This document shows, in pieces, positions 48,856 to 60,900 of a stretch of DNA of 64,000 nt. How positions within the stretch are numbered: the first letter of the stretch is position 1; every line of letters begins with the position of its first letter. Source of the stretch: Podarcis pityusensis (taxonomy: Eukaryota). The stretch lies in assembly GCA_964106645.2 (NCBI GenBank), contig OZ067045.1. One strand, written 5' to 3'. A program made the translations under genes and the position numbers. The notes beneath the pieces were generated by a model. The model did not search any database and was not told the DNA's origin. It saw only the letters and a program-made list of their open reading frames with translations.

Positions 48856-48944
48856 TTTTTTTCCAGTTAGCCTATATAATCAATTTATGCTGTATGTTCA
48901 GCTCTTCTTTCCCAGTATTCTCACTCTGTTCTGAACCATGGCAC
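48856..48944 (-). other. CNOT1: CNOT1 exon 2, visible 5'UTR portion
   Basis: Acceptor TTTTGTCTTGCAG|GTGCCATGG; resembles the mammalian CNOT1 exon 2 UTR as recalled; runs into the gap. Confidence 0.85.
48898..48939 (-). promoter_or_regulatory. Upstream ORF MVQNRVRILGKKS* in the CNOT1 5'UTR
   Basis: GCCATGG Kozak context, 13 codons then TGA. Confidence 0.7.
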
Positions 48945-49449
48945 CTGCAAGACAAAACAGCAATGATTATACATAATCTATTTGCTAGTGACTGGTCATG
49001 TATAACTAAACAATCGTAAATGTAATGATGGTACAGGCCAGAGTTTTATGGGAAAGCACTTGCTTTGCAAGCAAAAGGTTGCAGATTTGATAAGGCTGTT
49101 AAAGGCAGTTTGAACTATAGTTTATTTCAGGGGTCAGGAACTAGATCCGGCCCCGAGGGCTGAATCCAAAACTGCCACACCATCTGTGAACCACCTTCAA
49201 CTGAAGAATCAAAGAGCACTCAAAGTACACTCTGGATACTTTCCAGCCCCAAATTTAATTAAAATTGGGACTGCAGAGGAAGTTTATTCCGCAGAAGAAT
49301 ATTCTGCCACTTACCCTTCCAAAAGGAGGGCTTGTATTTGACATTGAATTTCAATTCAGCAATGAAAGAGAGTCAAGGATCATCTGCATTTGGGAGCTAA
49401 AAGGAACAAGTGGCAGATCACGGTAATGCTCCCAATTGTTTCTCTAGAG

Positions 49450-49587
49450 CAGCGGTTCTCAACCTGTGGGTCTCCAGATGTTGTTGGACTACAACTCCCA
49501 TCACCCCTAAGCTCTGGCCTTGCTAGCTAGGAGTGATGGGAGTTGTAGTTCAACAACATTTGGGGATGCACAGGTTGAGAAAGGCCG
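49450..49587. mobile_element. Palindromic hAT-type MITE with 8-bp TSD
   Basis: TIR ttctcaacctgtg/cacaggttgagaa; flanks ctctagag (49442-49449) and ttctagag (49588-49595). Confidence 0.88.
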
Positions 49588-50534
49588 TTCTAGAGCCACA
49601 GCAGTACCTGCCCCACACCTGAAGTCATAGGTGAGTGTGGCATGGGAGAAAATGGTATTGAAAGTCAATCTGGGGCTACAGGTAGGCTTGTGGTTATTCA
49701 AAGCCAGCATCATAAGCCACAGTCTGAAGTTGCCCTATTCAGACAAACCAACCAGAGTTAAAACTAACCACATTTGGCCCTAGTTTGGGCATAACAAGCC
49801 ACTCCAAGGTGGAATAAAAAACAAGTGCTTTCGACTTCCTCCTCTAGGTTGCACTGGAAGAGGGAAGTAGTGCACAAGCCAAAGAACACTAAAATCCCTG
49901 TTTAGTGTATTGTCCAAATACAGTCAATGAGTCCAATAGGAGCAAAAGACTATTTTATTCAGATCTATAGAATTATGAAGAGTCTTCACTTGTTAATGAG
50001 AACACAGGAGTTTATTTACACTTTCAACAGCATGAAGTGTCATGTATAAGATGTGTACCCAAGTGCCAAATCCCAATTATTGTTTTAAGCAAATATACAA
50101 TTTTTAAAAATAATTTTAAATGATCTGTTCATTGGCATTTGCCTCTCTTGACGGAAGCTTATCATCAGGATTGTAGATTTCTTAATAGGTTATTGTCCTG
50201 CCAATATAGATTCCAAACTTATGAAATGATAAAATTGCTTCATGTTTACAAGGCAATCTTGAAATCTTCACAAGTTTTGCTTTCAGATTTTACAGGCCAT
50301 TTCCAAGACCAATGCGGAAAAGATTGCAAGGCCTGAAATTCTGCTGAAGAAAGATGATCATTCTGTAATATATGGAGAGAAGTGGCATTGATTTGTGGAT
50401 GGACTGAATATGGGACAAAAGCAAAAAAAAAAGTCAGAGAAACAAAGATTTCATCCTGATGAAGTGGGCAATAGAGGAAGTGTAAATGAGATTGGTAGAC
50501 GGGAGGAAAGATGAGACGTTTGGCTGTGTATGTA

Positions 50535-50767
50535 CAGTGGTCCCTCCAGATACGAACTTAATTCATTCCAGGGGTCCATACGTACCCCAAAATGTCTGTA
50601 TCTAGTTTCTGTGCGCACTGCACACACAAAGTTTCTGCACACACACGCGGCGTGACAAAACACTTCTGCGCATGCAGTGAAACCTGGAAGTATACACTTG
50701 CGGGTTTGCTGCATTTGCAACCCAAAAGTTACGTTACCCAAAGGTAACGTAACCTGAGGGTCCACTG
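50535..50767. mobile_element. Tc1/mariner (Tigger-like) MITE
   Basis: TA|CAGTGGTCCCTC...GAGGGTCCACTG|TA. Confidence 0.85.
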
Positions 50768-51460
50768 TACTGGCAACAATGACACATCCCAGTGGAAATA
50801 TCAGAGAAGTGATGTGGGATTGGAGGGAAATAAATATTTTTTGGGGGTACAGCTGTACAGCATTAGCATACAAGTGGTAGCAAAGCCACAGTATGTGATG
50901 AGGTTACCCAAAAAGAATGTACCAAGGGAAATAGCAGAGGGCCAAAAACAGAACCCTAAGGGATCCCTACAAACTGAGAAAGCAGAGGAAGACATTCCTC
51001 TTGTGTGTTAGAAGTCTGACTGGCCTCAACTAGAAGCCAGTCATTTGGTGTCACTGGTGTCCCATGCTGTGGAACACTTTTGCAGCAGTGATTTGGCAGG
51101 CACCCTTACTTTTGACTGTCAAGCATCTCTTAAAGACTTTTTAATGCCTATGCAATTGCTTAGCATTTTCTTGAGCAGCCAGTCATTTTAATGATTGTTC
51201 TGTACTGCTTTTAAAGGATTGCTATAATGTTGATGTATAAAACCCCAATGTTTTCTGAGAGCAACATATATATACTTTTCTAAATAAATAATGATTAGCC
51301 AGTTAGGAAGAGAATCAACTGAGGACAGAATCAAGGACCTAGGGCTTAAAGGGAATCACAACTTAATTGTGATCAGCTGTATCAAGGGGTGGCAGAGAGA
51401 TCAAGGAAGATGAGAACTGAACAGAAACCTTTCCACTTGCCAAATAAATTATTTTCATGA

Positions 51461-51560
51461 AACAAACTATTTTCTGAAGAAGTGTGCATGCACACAAAAG
51501 CTCATACCAGTAACTAACTTAGTTGGTCTCTAAGGTGCTACTGGAAGGGATTTTTTAATT
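51461..51560. mobile_element. Short Penelope-like retroelement fragment
   Basis: ctgaagaagtgtgcatgcacacaaaagctcatacc...gttggtctctaaggtgctactgga between 12-bp direct repeats ttattttcatga (51449-51460, 51561-51572). Confidence 0.6.
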
Positions 51561-52628
51561 TTATTTTCATGAGAGTAGCCAATATTGGTGAAATACATAG
51601 TGGGTAGTCAAAGTCTATCAAGGTTAGCCCAAATTCAGCTAGAGAACTTTTAGCATTTAAGCAAGGTTTAAGACAAAGGAATCGGCTAGCTACACTACAA
51701 TTTAGATTACAACAAAACTGCTTTCAGCAACTTAAGCATTAGCCACTCTGCACAGATACTAACCAACTGGTAGGACTACCACTCAAACCACACTGTGACA
51801 CACAGGGGCACAAAGCCACCTTAAATAAATATATAAATCTAATTATCTAAAAGGCAGAATGGAGTAGCTTAGTATTCTCAAAAACTAACAGCATATTAAA
51901 ATAAAAAATCATGATGTGTAAGATAAAACAAATTTAAATGTTTCAAAAGGGGGAGGGGGAGGAAGGGTGAAAGGAAGAGCTTCTTGAAAAATGAGAGCAA
52001 GATGAGAATTGCACACAAGTGGGAAACAAAACATGAGTAGCCAACATAAACTGATTGAAATGTCTAAATGAGCATGCAGCAGCTTCTGCCCCACCCATAT
52101 TAGTTTATTGCCTCACACGCAGTATCAAGGGTAAAGGTTAGTAGTACCTGTTGTGTACGTTGAACAAATGGAACTACGTACAATGTTGACGGATGTTAAA
52201 TGCTTTAACCTGTATGAGTTAAATATGGAACATCCTGAATACAGCTCGAAAATCACATAACTTAGCACTAAAGTTTGCCACCTACCAAGGATTACAAGGT
52301 AGAGCTAACTACAATTGTGCTGGAAAGGAAGCCAATACTTTTGCTGAATTTGATTGGGATCCTAAAGCTGAAAGAGCTGTTCCTCAAGATGGTCTAGCTA
52401 ATTCATGGTAAAGTGAGATTTGAACCAGCAACTTCCTAATTCATCGGTCTGCTAAATCCACTCCTTTACACAAGAATTAGGCCTAAGTTGTTGGATCCAT
52501 TATTGCCTCTAACTTGAGCCAAACCACAGCTATCATGGCCAGTAGCCACTGAAAGCCATTCAAATGGGTTGCCATTAGTCTCCTGTAGGAGCAGGTTTCA
52601 GTTTAACTATGGACTGTGTTAAGAATTA

Positions 52629-52854
52629 CAGTGGTACCTCTGGTTGTGAACGGAATCTGTTCCAGAGGCCTGTTCGCAACATGAAAAGCCCACAACCTGA
52701 AAGTGCCGTATCTGCGCAGGTTCACGGTGTGATTTGGCACTTGTGCACATGCGCAAGCGGCGAAACCCAGAAGTAACCCTTTCCGGTACTTCCGGTTCGC
52801 CGCGGGACGCAGCATGAAAAAACATAACATGAAACGTAACATGAGGTATGACTG
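52629..52854. mobile_element. Tc1/mariner (Tigger-like) MITE
   Basis: TA|CAGTGGTACCTC...GAGGTATGACTG|TA; related to 50535-50767. Confidence 0.85.
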
Positions 52855-52889
52855 TACTTCCTTTTGCCAATCCTGAATCTTCCAACACT

Positions 52890-53650
52890 AAGTTTCACTG
52901 CATGTTCATGAGTTCTAGTGCTATGACACAGAGAAAAACTTTTCTCTTCCCACTTTATCCATGCTGTGAATAATTTTATAAACTTCCGTCATATCATACC
53001 ATATATTTGTATAATGGCGCTATGATACTGAAAGTTTTATTTTAATTTTTCTGCCCTAGTATGCCTTTTCCACAGCTGCTGCACACTGGGGTAGACATCC
53101 TCATTGAGTTACCTACTATGACCCCAATGGCTCATTCCTGGTCAGTCACTGCCAGTTCAGACTCCATGAGCATAGATGCATTATTATTTTTTGCATGCAT
53201 CTCCTCACACTTCCTACACACTGAATTGCATTTGCCATTTTACAGTCCATTCACTCAGTTTAGAGAATATTTTTTGAAGCTCTTGAAAATCTTTTGGGCA
53301 CCTCATTGCTCACCCCTATCTCTAGATCCTCTATGAACAAGTTAAAAGGCACAGTATCAATCCTTGGAAAACTCCACTTTCTACAGCTCTCCATTCAGAC
53401 AACCTTCCGTTTATTCCTACTGTTTGCTTCCTATTAACCAATTCCTCTTATACCATAACTGCTAAGCTTACTGGGGAATCTTTGGTGGGGCAACTTGTCA
53501 TAAGCTTTTTGAAATGCAAGTACTGTAAGCAGATCACCTCTAACTATGTTTATTGACATTCTCAAAGAACTCTTAATAGCTTCATAAGACAAGAGTTGTC
53601 TTTGCAGAAGCTATGCAGGCTCTACTTCAGTAAGTCTTGTTCTACCATAT
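52890..53650 (-). mobile_element. Degraded CR1 LINE
   Basis: Reverse-complement similarity to CR1 motifs at 40090-40890; ttgtcataagctttttgaaatgcaagta reads YL.FQKA.DK; boundaries approximate. Confidence 0.65.
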
Positions 53651-54039
53651 GCTTAGTTATTTTCTTATTAACAACACTTTAGATCACTTTTTTTTGGCAC
53701 AAGAAAAGTCCAAGCCCATATAGGTGAAACCATGTGGTTCACATGAAAAGATAATGGTTTCAGTTCTGTAATATGAAGACAAACAAATCATTCTTCAAGT
53801 TACCAGAAAGCATTATTCCAGTGCCTGTCTCACCTGCCAAAAGAAGCCCGGCCAAACTGGCACCAGACCACAGACTTTTGCCAGAAATAAGATCCCACTA
53901 CCTCCCCGCCTATCCCCGGTAAAGTAACGATGTTTATAGGACGTTTGAAACAGATATAGCTCCTATAAGCAGATTCAAGTCCGTCGTGGATCAGAGATAG
54001 GAGGAAAAAACGGGAATTAAGCTCTTTCTCCGCCTGTAT

Positions 54040-55640
54040 TGTAGCAGCCTCTGACGGGTATCCTACAAGACGATTCGGGAGCGGCTGAGGAAGCCCGAGG
54101 GCGGCGCACACCTGGGGCTGGCGGGCTCCTCGACATGGATTAACTAAAGCCTCTGAACAAGCAACAACGCTTCCCGACCCGCCTCGTTCGCTCCCACAAG
54201 TAGTGGCCCAAGTCACTTCCGGCTTCGGAGGGCGGGCAGGGCAGGCCAACGGAGCGGACGGGGCCCCTCACCATTTCTCGGCGGCCCAATTGGGACGGTC
54301 TCCTGGGGGCAGGCAGGAGCCCGCCGTTGCCGCGAGCGACCCTCGGCTTTTATTTATTCCGCGGCCGGACTCGCCTTCGGGGCGCAAGAGGGGAAGGAGG
54401 GAGAGAGGGGTAGGGGGTTTCCGGGAGGCCTCCTCGCCCCACCACAGGGGACAACACGTGCAGGGACAGGCGAGCTACGGGCAGGCCCAGCTCACCACTC
54501 CTTTGCTTAGCGCTTCAGCGCCGGCTACGCCGGGAGAAACGCGGGACGCAGGCCGCCCACCGCTACCTCCAATACCGCTCGGCCTCCCGGTGGCTTCCGC
54601 CAGCGCCGGCCTTGCCGCCTGGAGCGAACGGCGCGGTTCTCACCTGGGGCGGGCCGGGGGCGAGGGTCTCGGGGCCGGGGCGGGCGCCTGGCTGAGCCGC
54701 TCGCGCTTCTCTAGCTACCTCCTCCGCTGGTTCCCAAACAAAATGGCGCCGGGAGTCGCGCGCTCACGTCGCGGCCCTTCTCTTCCCGTCTTCCCCTGCG
54801 ACGGACGAAAGGCCAGGGGGCGGGGGCTCCTCGATCTCGCTTAGCTCGCCCGCGCGAGAAAGCCCTGGCCCAATCGCAGGCTGTGTCCAGCTCCGCGCTC
54901 GAACCCGCCTCCTTGCTTTCGTCCAATCCCCACCTCGAGGGGCAGCGCGATATTATTTTTTCCCCTTTGCGTCTGCGTAGGGACGAAGGCCAGGTTACCC
55001 AATCCGTGTTCGGAAGTGGTTGCTGGAAGGCGGCGCAAAGCGGAGGAGATAGCTAGGGGGCGCTGCAGAACTATCGGCCGACAAGGATTGGCTAAAGGCA
55101 ATATTGAGCTCAGCTTGGCCAATCATAACGTGGCGCCACGAAGGGAGCGTGTCAGCTACGACCAATAACAGTCGGGCGCGGTTGCTGTGGCCGAGGAGCC
55201 AGGCGTGAGGCGCGATTCCTTGGGAAGTGTAACGGGGCATCTAGGAGGTCGACGAGCACTCCACCCTGGAAGGAAGCGCATGCGCACGGGCTTCCCGGAG
55301 AGCAGGGGTGCGCCTGAGGCGGTTGTGCAGCTGCTAAGCGGGTCTTCGCAGCCTCCCTTCGGAGCCGCTCCCGGCGCCTGGCTTGAGGGGGTCCTCTCGG
55401 AAGGCCGCTTCCCTGGGACTTCTCCGCGGGACCGGAGTAGACGGGGGACCAAAGCGTTGGAGAAGCAGCATCCGGGGGGGGGGGCGAACCACGTGCCATT
55501 GGTGTCTGTTTCCTTCATGAAAATAAAAAGGGCAACTGAGAGCGGACGTGAAAGAGGTGCTTAAAACCACGGCGGTGCGGTGGAGAAAGTGGGCAAAGAA
55601 GCCCCCCCTCGTAACGTTGGACCCCCGCCAGTGAAGCTGA
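54040..55640. promoter_or_regulatory. CpG-island promoter of CNOT1
   Basis: GC- and CpG-rich. YY1 CAAAATGGCGCC 54739-54750; CCAAT at 54870, 54923, 54999, 55119, 55162 and ATTGG at 55087; ETS CGGAAGTG at 55011 and CACTTCCGG at 54214; NRF1 GCGCATGCGC 55276-55285. Confidence 0.92.
54644..54760 (-). other. CNOT1: CNOT1 non-coding exon 1 (5' end approximate)
   Basis: Consensus donor CAG|GTGAGA at 54644/54643 just downstream of the YY1 site; TSS inferred. Confidence 0.6.
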
Positions 55641-57869
55641 ATGTTGCAAGATTCAGGCCCGACCAACTCGCTGCTACTTCCTCCTCGCCTAATTAAAGTC
55701 TGTTGCGAGGCCCACAACTCTGAGGGCTTAAACAAATCTGTTTAGGCAGATTCGTGGAGAAGAAGAATAGATACTAGCCAGGGCAGCTGTGTACAGTACT
55801 GCCAGTAGTGAAGGCTGAGAGGCCTCCAAGTAGGTGTTCTGGCAGGCATTGGATTGGCCACTCTGAAAATAGGTTGTTGGACCAGGTTGATGGCCTGGTC
55901 AAGCAGTGCTCTTCCAATTTATTTAATTTGTATACCACCCATAGATCTCGGCAGTCCACAACATAAAATCACAATGTACAAAACACAAAATATGTAATAA
56001 AAATAAAATCAAAAACAACCCAATAATATCCCCTTCCACAGCACGTTTTAAAAGGGCATTGGATGTCAGTTGACCAAAGGCCTGGTTAAAGAGGACCATT
56101 CCACAAATGGGAAGCCATTGCAGAAAAGGACCATTCTCATGTTGCCACTCCGAACCTCTTGTGGAGGGGCCTTCCAATGATCTTAAGAAGTCTCTTCTTA
56201 AACTTCTGATATGTAACAAGAATGGGTGTTGGTATTAATCTTCCCCTGCTGCCATTTTCCCAGCAAAAATTACCTGGGGTAGGGTATCCTTGCACAGACC
56301 AGAGTTTTAATTCTAGGAAATAGGTTGTTTTAAATCCCAGAACCCCAATCCTGATCTTTCTCCCCCTTCCCCAAAGTGAGTTGCAAAAAGGCATCATTGC
56401 ATATGGTTTGGCTCTGCAGAGTAGGACATACTGGGTTTTTTGACTACGTGCCATTCTGTGTAGCTTCACACAGTCAATTAAGAGTTGGCTGAAAGCCAAG
56501 GATGGCTGAGCAGAGAGGCGTTATTCTGCCTGGAGATATGAGACCTTGGATACTGCTCTGCCATTGGTTGAGGTCTCACACAGGCATGATGACTTATGAC
56601 CTTACTGACTGGATAGTTTGTTGATCAGTGTGGTGTTCTGAGAGTCATTTGGAGTTTGTTATGAGAGAGCTAGTTAAGATCTGTTTCTGTTCTTGTATAT
56701 AGTAACTTGTAGAGTCTGCTGTAAATAATAAACACCTCTAAGTAACCAAATTACTGGTAGCAGCGTCTTGTTCCTGCTTCGTCCATCCTGCCTGCAACTG
56801 ATTGCTTTCCGGAACTCTGCGTATGCTCTGCTAAGGTCTGGCTAAGGTCCTGCAACAGGTCAATGTTGCGAAACACCAATAGGACACTGGTAGTTTCCCC
56901 TGTAACTGTCTTGCTGTTTGTGGCTTTGCTCTTCAAGGGCTCCAGCCAAGTAGGCAGGACTTTGTAAAATCTGTTTTGGCAGCTTGTGAGCCTTGTAGAC
57001 CTCAGGTTGGAGTGGAGGAGGATTTTCTGTCATAGCATGAAAAGCTGGGTAGAGTTGAGACAATCCCTGCCCCCTCCCTCTGCCCCTATGGCAATCGGAT
57101 GACCAGCCTGGTCCTACCCAGTGACAGAGCAGCCTCAGAGACCTTGCTCCTTTCCCACAACAACAAAAAAAACACTTCCAACTGCCTGTTACTCTTTGGC
57201 AAGGGAAGAGCAAGCCATTCTGGCCCTATGTCACCAACCAGACGATGAAGAGCCAGTTGCATACTTGCACCACTTTTATGTGAGGAAAGGAGCATAACCT
57301 CAGCTGGATGTGGAGGCTTTTGTACAACTTATGCTCTGTTCTCACAACATTAGGCTGATCCCCCCTGTTTCCCTTGCTTTCTTTTAGTTGGTAAGTCAAA
57401 GGGAAGGGCCTGTTACTTTTTTTATGTAAGCTGCTTTGCGAAACAATATTCTTCTGAAAGCAGTATATAAATATAATAAATATAGTCAGGTAGGGTTGCC
57501 ATATTTCAAAAAGTAAAAACCAGGACACCCCAAAAGTTGTTGAGCTTTTTTTTTAATACAAAAGCATGATGTATGGCAGCCCTAGAAACAGGTCATGTTA
57601 TAGGTTCTCTACCACGGGGGGGGGGGCATTTCTGTGTGATGCCCCCACAAAAGTGCCATAGAAGTATCTGTTCTCCCTGCCCTGCCAAGAATGACCACAC
57701 ACCCAAGAGATTACATGATTTAATAAGCTTTTGCAACTATTCAATCATAAGAAGATAAGCATGTACATAGCTTCAGTTATGTTACTATGTTACAAAGTAT
57801 TGTGTACTATGTGGAATACTATTTCCCCACAACTTTTCAGTGACATTTACTATTTTAAAAGGCATTAGA

Positions 57870-57956
57870 TCAGATGTAGCTGGCTTTGGAGAGGAAGCAT
57901 TCAAACATCTTCTGAGCTTGTCCAGGCTTATACTGTGGAACCATGTGACCAGCACC
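57870..57956 (-). CDS. Cathepsin A-like last coding exon
   Basis: GAGHMVPQYKPGQAQKMFECFLSKASYI*. Confidence 0.92.
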   Translation of the reverse strand, partial: GAGHMVPQYKPGQAQKMFECFLSKASYI

Positions 57957-60900
57957 CTATATATGAGAGGGAAGATGCTTTAGAAAAGAGCTGATAAAGT
58001 ACATCTGAAATAATTCCCCCCTGCCCAAAACATTGTGAAGGATACTGGAAGCTTATATTGAACAGAGCAAGAAGAGGCAACATCTGTGTGAAGGAGAGAA
58101 AGCAACTTTTCGCCAGTGCTGTCTTGATAATGTGCGTGCAATTAATCACATATTGGCTGTGTTTTCACATAAACTGGGGTTAATGTTATTTAACAAACAA
58201 GCCATGTATTGTTTATTTAGAGCAGTTGTTGCTGAACTACAACTCCCATCATCATTAGCCATGCTTGCTGGGACTGATGGGAGTGGTGGTTCAGCAACAG
58301 CCGTCAAACCAAAGGTTCCCCACACCTGCTTAGATCTTATTTTGTTTTCTAGCTACTCTTGCGTCATGCCTTCCCAGCTTGAGGAGCATCTTGGGTAACA
58401 GGTAGGGAAAACAAGCATAGTTAAGCAGGGTTGTTAGGTTCATAAGTAATGTTAAACCATAGTTAGAATAAGCCACGATTTTTAAGCCAATACCAAGCCA
58501 TGGCTTCACATTGTCATTTGCTGATAGAAAATAAACAGGCTAGTTTGCTGATATGTTTTCACATGTTCAGACAAACCACAGTTACGCTAAACAAACCATA
58601 GTTTAATGTTACATGAGAACCAGGTCTTTGTTACAGGGCCCAGGATTACACCTAAGCCCTTTTAATAATGGGTCTCTCCAGCTTGAGAAGCTATTGCCTC
58701 CAACGTGTTTTCTGTTGGCTGCTTATGCTCTAGCTCTGACCAGCATTTTTTATGGGACACTGCACACACACACATATGTCATAGGTGAGGGACTGGCTGC
58801 TTCTGTAGGGTACATGGAACAGGTGGCAGGTCCTGTTTAACCGTGTACTAAAATCATAGTTGTCGCTTGATGGGGAGGTGATCTAGCAAGCAATAGCATT
58901 TCCCAGGCTAGAAGTAGTGTAAACTCAATCAAGCCATGAGTGCCAAACCCCACCACCACCATGTATTGGGGGCAACATTTTATTTGCTCTGTCTCTGATT
59001 GGTAGTCAGTGCAGCAGTTTCCCCCAGGCTTTTTCTTAAAGGTTTATCCTGGGAGCAAAAAGCCTAATTTTTAAGGGCAGAAGATTCCCAATGTAAAGCT
59101 GTTACCCAGATCAGCACTTTTGCCTGCTAGGACCCATTTTGGCAAATAAATAAAAGGTGCTTCCTCCTCCTAGAACCTGAAGGAAAAGCTGGAAAAGTAG
59201 AAGTAGCAATCTTTTATAACCCAATGCTTTATATATTGGCTTTATTTACTGTTGGAAGAGGGGTCAACCTTTTTTTGTGGCTGTGTTGGGATGAAATCTG
59301 TAAAGCAGTTACTGGGCCCATCACAAACCTCTATCTTGAGAGCCATGTCATGCTTAAAAAATAACTGAGCCCATATAATGTGCTTTCTAAACAAGGTTTT
59401 GGCTCTGCTCCTGCTTTAAAGTATTGGCTGTTAGTGTTGCTCTTCCTGTTTTTGTGTTATCCTGCTGTTTATAAACTTGTTATTTTGTCTTTTAATTATT
59501 AGCTTGTTGCTGATTTTTACTGCTTTGAGTAACACTGTTGTACAGGGGAGAAGCAGGGCATAAATCTTTTAAATAATGAAAAGTATAATGCCCACTGGCT
59601 CCGATTAAATCACTGACCTTTACGGTGAGAAATGTGATCTTCTCATACTCCTTGAAAAATCCTGCAATCTGATCATTGAAATACCAGGGCTGGTAATCAT
59701 TTAGCACCTGTGGAATTAATGAAAAAGAAGGTCACAACCTGGAAATGGACAGCAGACCGAATTTTAGTGTACATACTAGTCTATCACGGATGCTCCAAAA
59801 CTGGCTCTTAATAGACTTATTACTCCAGATCATGTTTTGCTAACTTTCTCTTCATCTCTGCCCATCCATTCTAACTTCTTTTCTAAATGACAGCTTGGTT
59901 ATGTCTTTAACAACAACTGTACATCTGTCAGTGTTGGAAACCTGGGTCTAAAAGGCAGGTTCAGCTGTGTCTTCCCACATAAATTAAGGAGCAATAGGTT
60001 TTCAATACAGTACAACACTTAAGCTATGCAAAGTTCAAAGGAGTTACTTACAGTCTGATTTAAAGACTCAACAAACTTTTCAGCCCCCAAGAAGTTGCAG
60101 GCCATGTCCACGTCTCCATTATAAACCAATGCTCGTAGGTCCTGAGCCAGCAGATACTTGTAGAAGGGAGTCATGTCTCTGTACACCCTTTGGTAATGAG
60201 AGCTAACCTGTGTACTGCATGGAGAAGAGAAATGCATGGGGGTGGGGTTCAAGGAGCTTGGGCCCCTCATCCCTTCTCCCCTTTGTTTCACCAGTAAGAT
60301 CAACCAAGGGTGCCCTTTTGATTTTGTCACCAAGATGCAAATCCAAGCTGCCAAGAGAATGCAAGTTGGGGTTCTCATTGACTGCCAACAGCCACAGAAT
60401 TCCTTTCCTGCCCCTGCAGGCCTATCAGAATATGAGCATGAGCCAAGGCCATCCACCACCAAGTGGTTTCAAGAGGAAATGATGCTGAATATACAAACCC
60501 ATACCTATACTCTATACCTTGCCCCAGAGGAAGAATAATAAATCAGCTGGGGAGAAATAAATGTTCCCAACCTTAGCGGTCCACAATTGAGACAAATATC
60601 CTTTATAATTTAATCCAGTGATGTCTGGAAGGCAGTTTGTTTTACAACTGTTTTCAGAATTCTCATACAATTGAGATCCAACTTATTAGTTCCAGCCAAA
60701 ACCTCTTAATGCCCAGTAGTAGCAGTTAGTTGTTGTATTCATTGTCTCTTTTAAGGAAAACCATCTAAGCCACAATAAGACATTTTAATGGGAAATGGTG
60801 GTAAGCATCAGTACTTAGAATACAGAAAAATGCACAACTATGCTAGGTGTGAATGAACGTGAGGATTAGCCATGTGGAAAACCTTACCCTTGGAGGAGTT

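Noticed and set aside
53828-54275. Extra consensus donors (53834, 54272) suggesting alternative first exons
   Set aside because: Sense U1 sites are common downstream of CpG promoters; cannot be supported without transcripts.
55119-55140. CCAAT...CCACG as an ER-stress element
   Set aside because: The spacer is 12 nt; ERSE requires 9.
53830-55735. Several long ORFs (up to 213 aa) on both strands
   Set aside because: Expected stop-codon depletion in a CpG island; low-complexity Gly/Arg/Pro/Ala translations.
56212-56857. Possible solo LTR (TGT...AATAAA...ACA)
   Set aside because: No matching target-site duplication found, and the boundaries are unsupported.
57719-57724. ATTAAA as poly(A) signal of the cathepsin A-like gene
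   Set aside because: Plausible, but a variant hexamer in AT-rich sequence; not distinguishable from chance.
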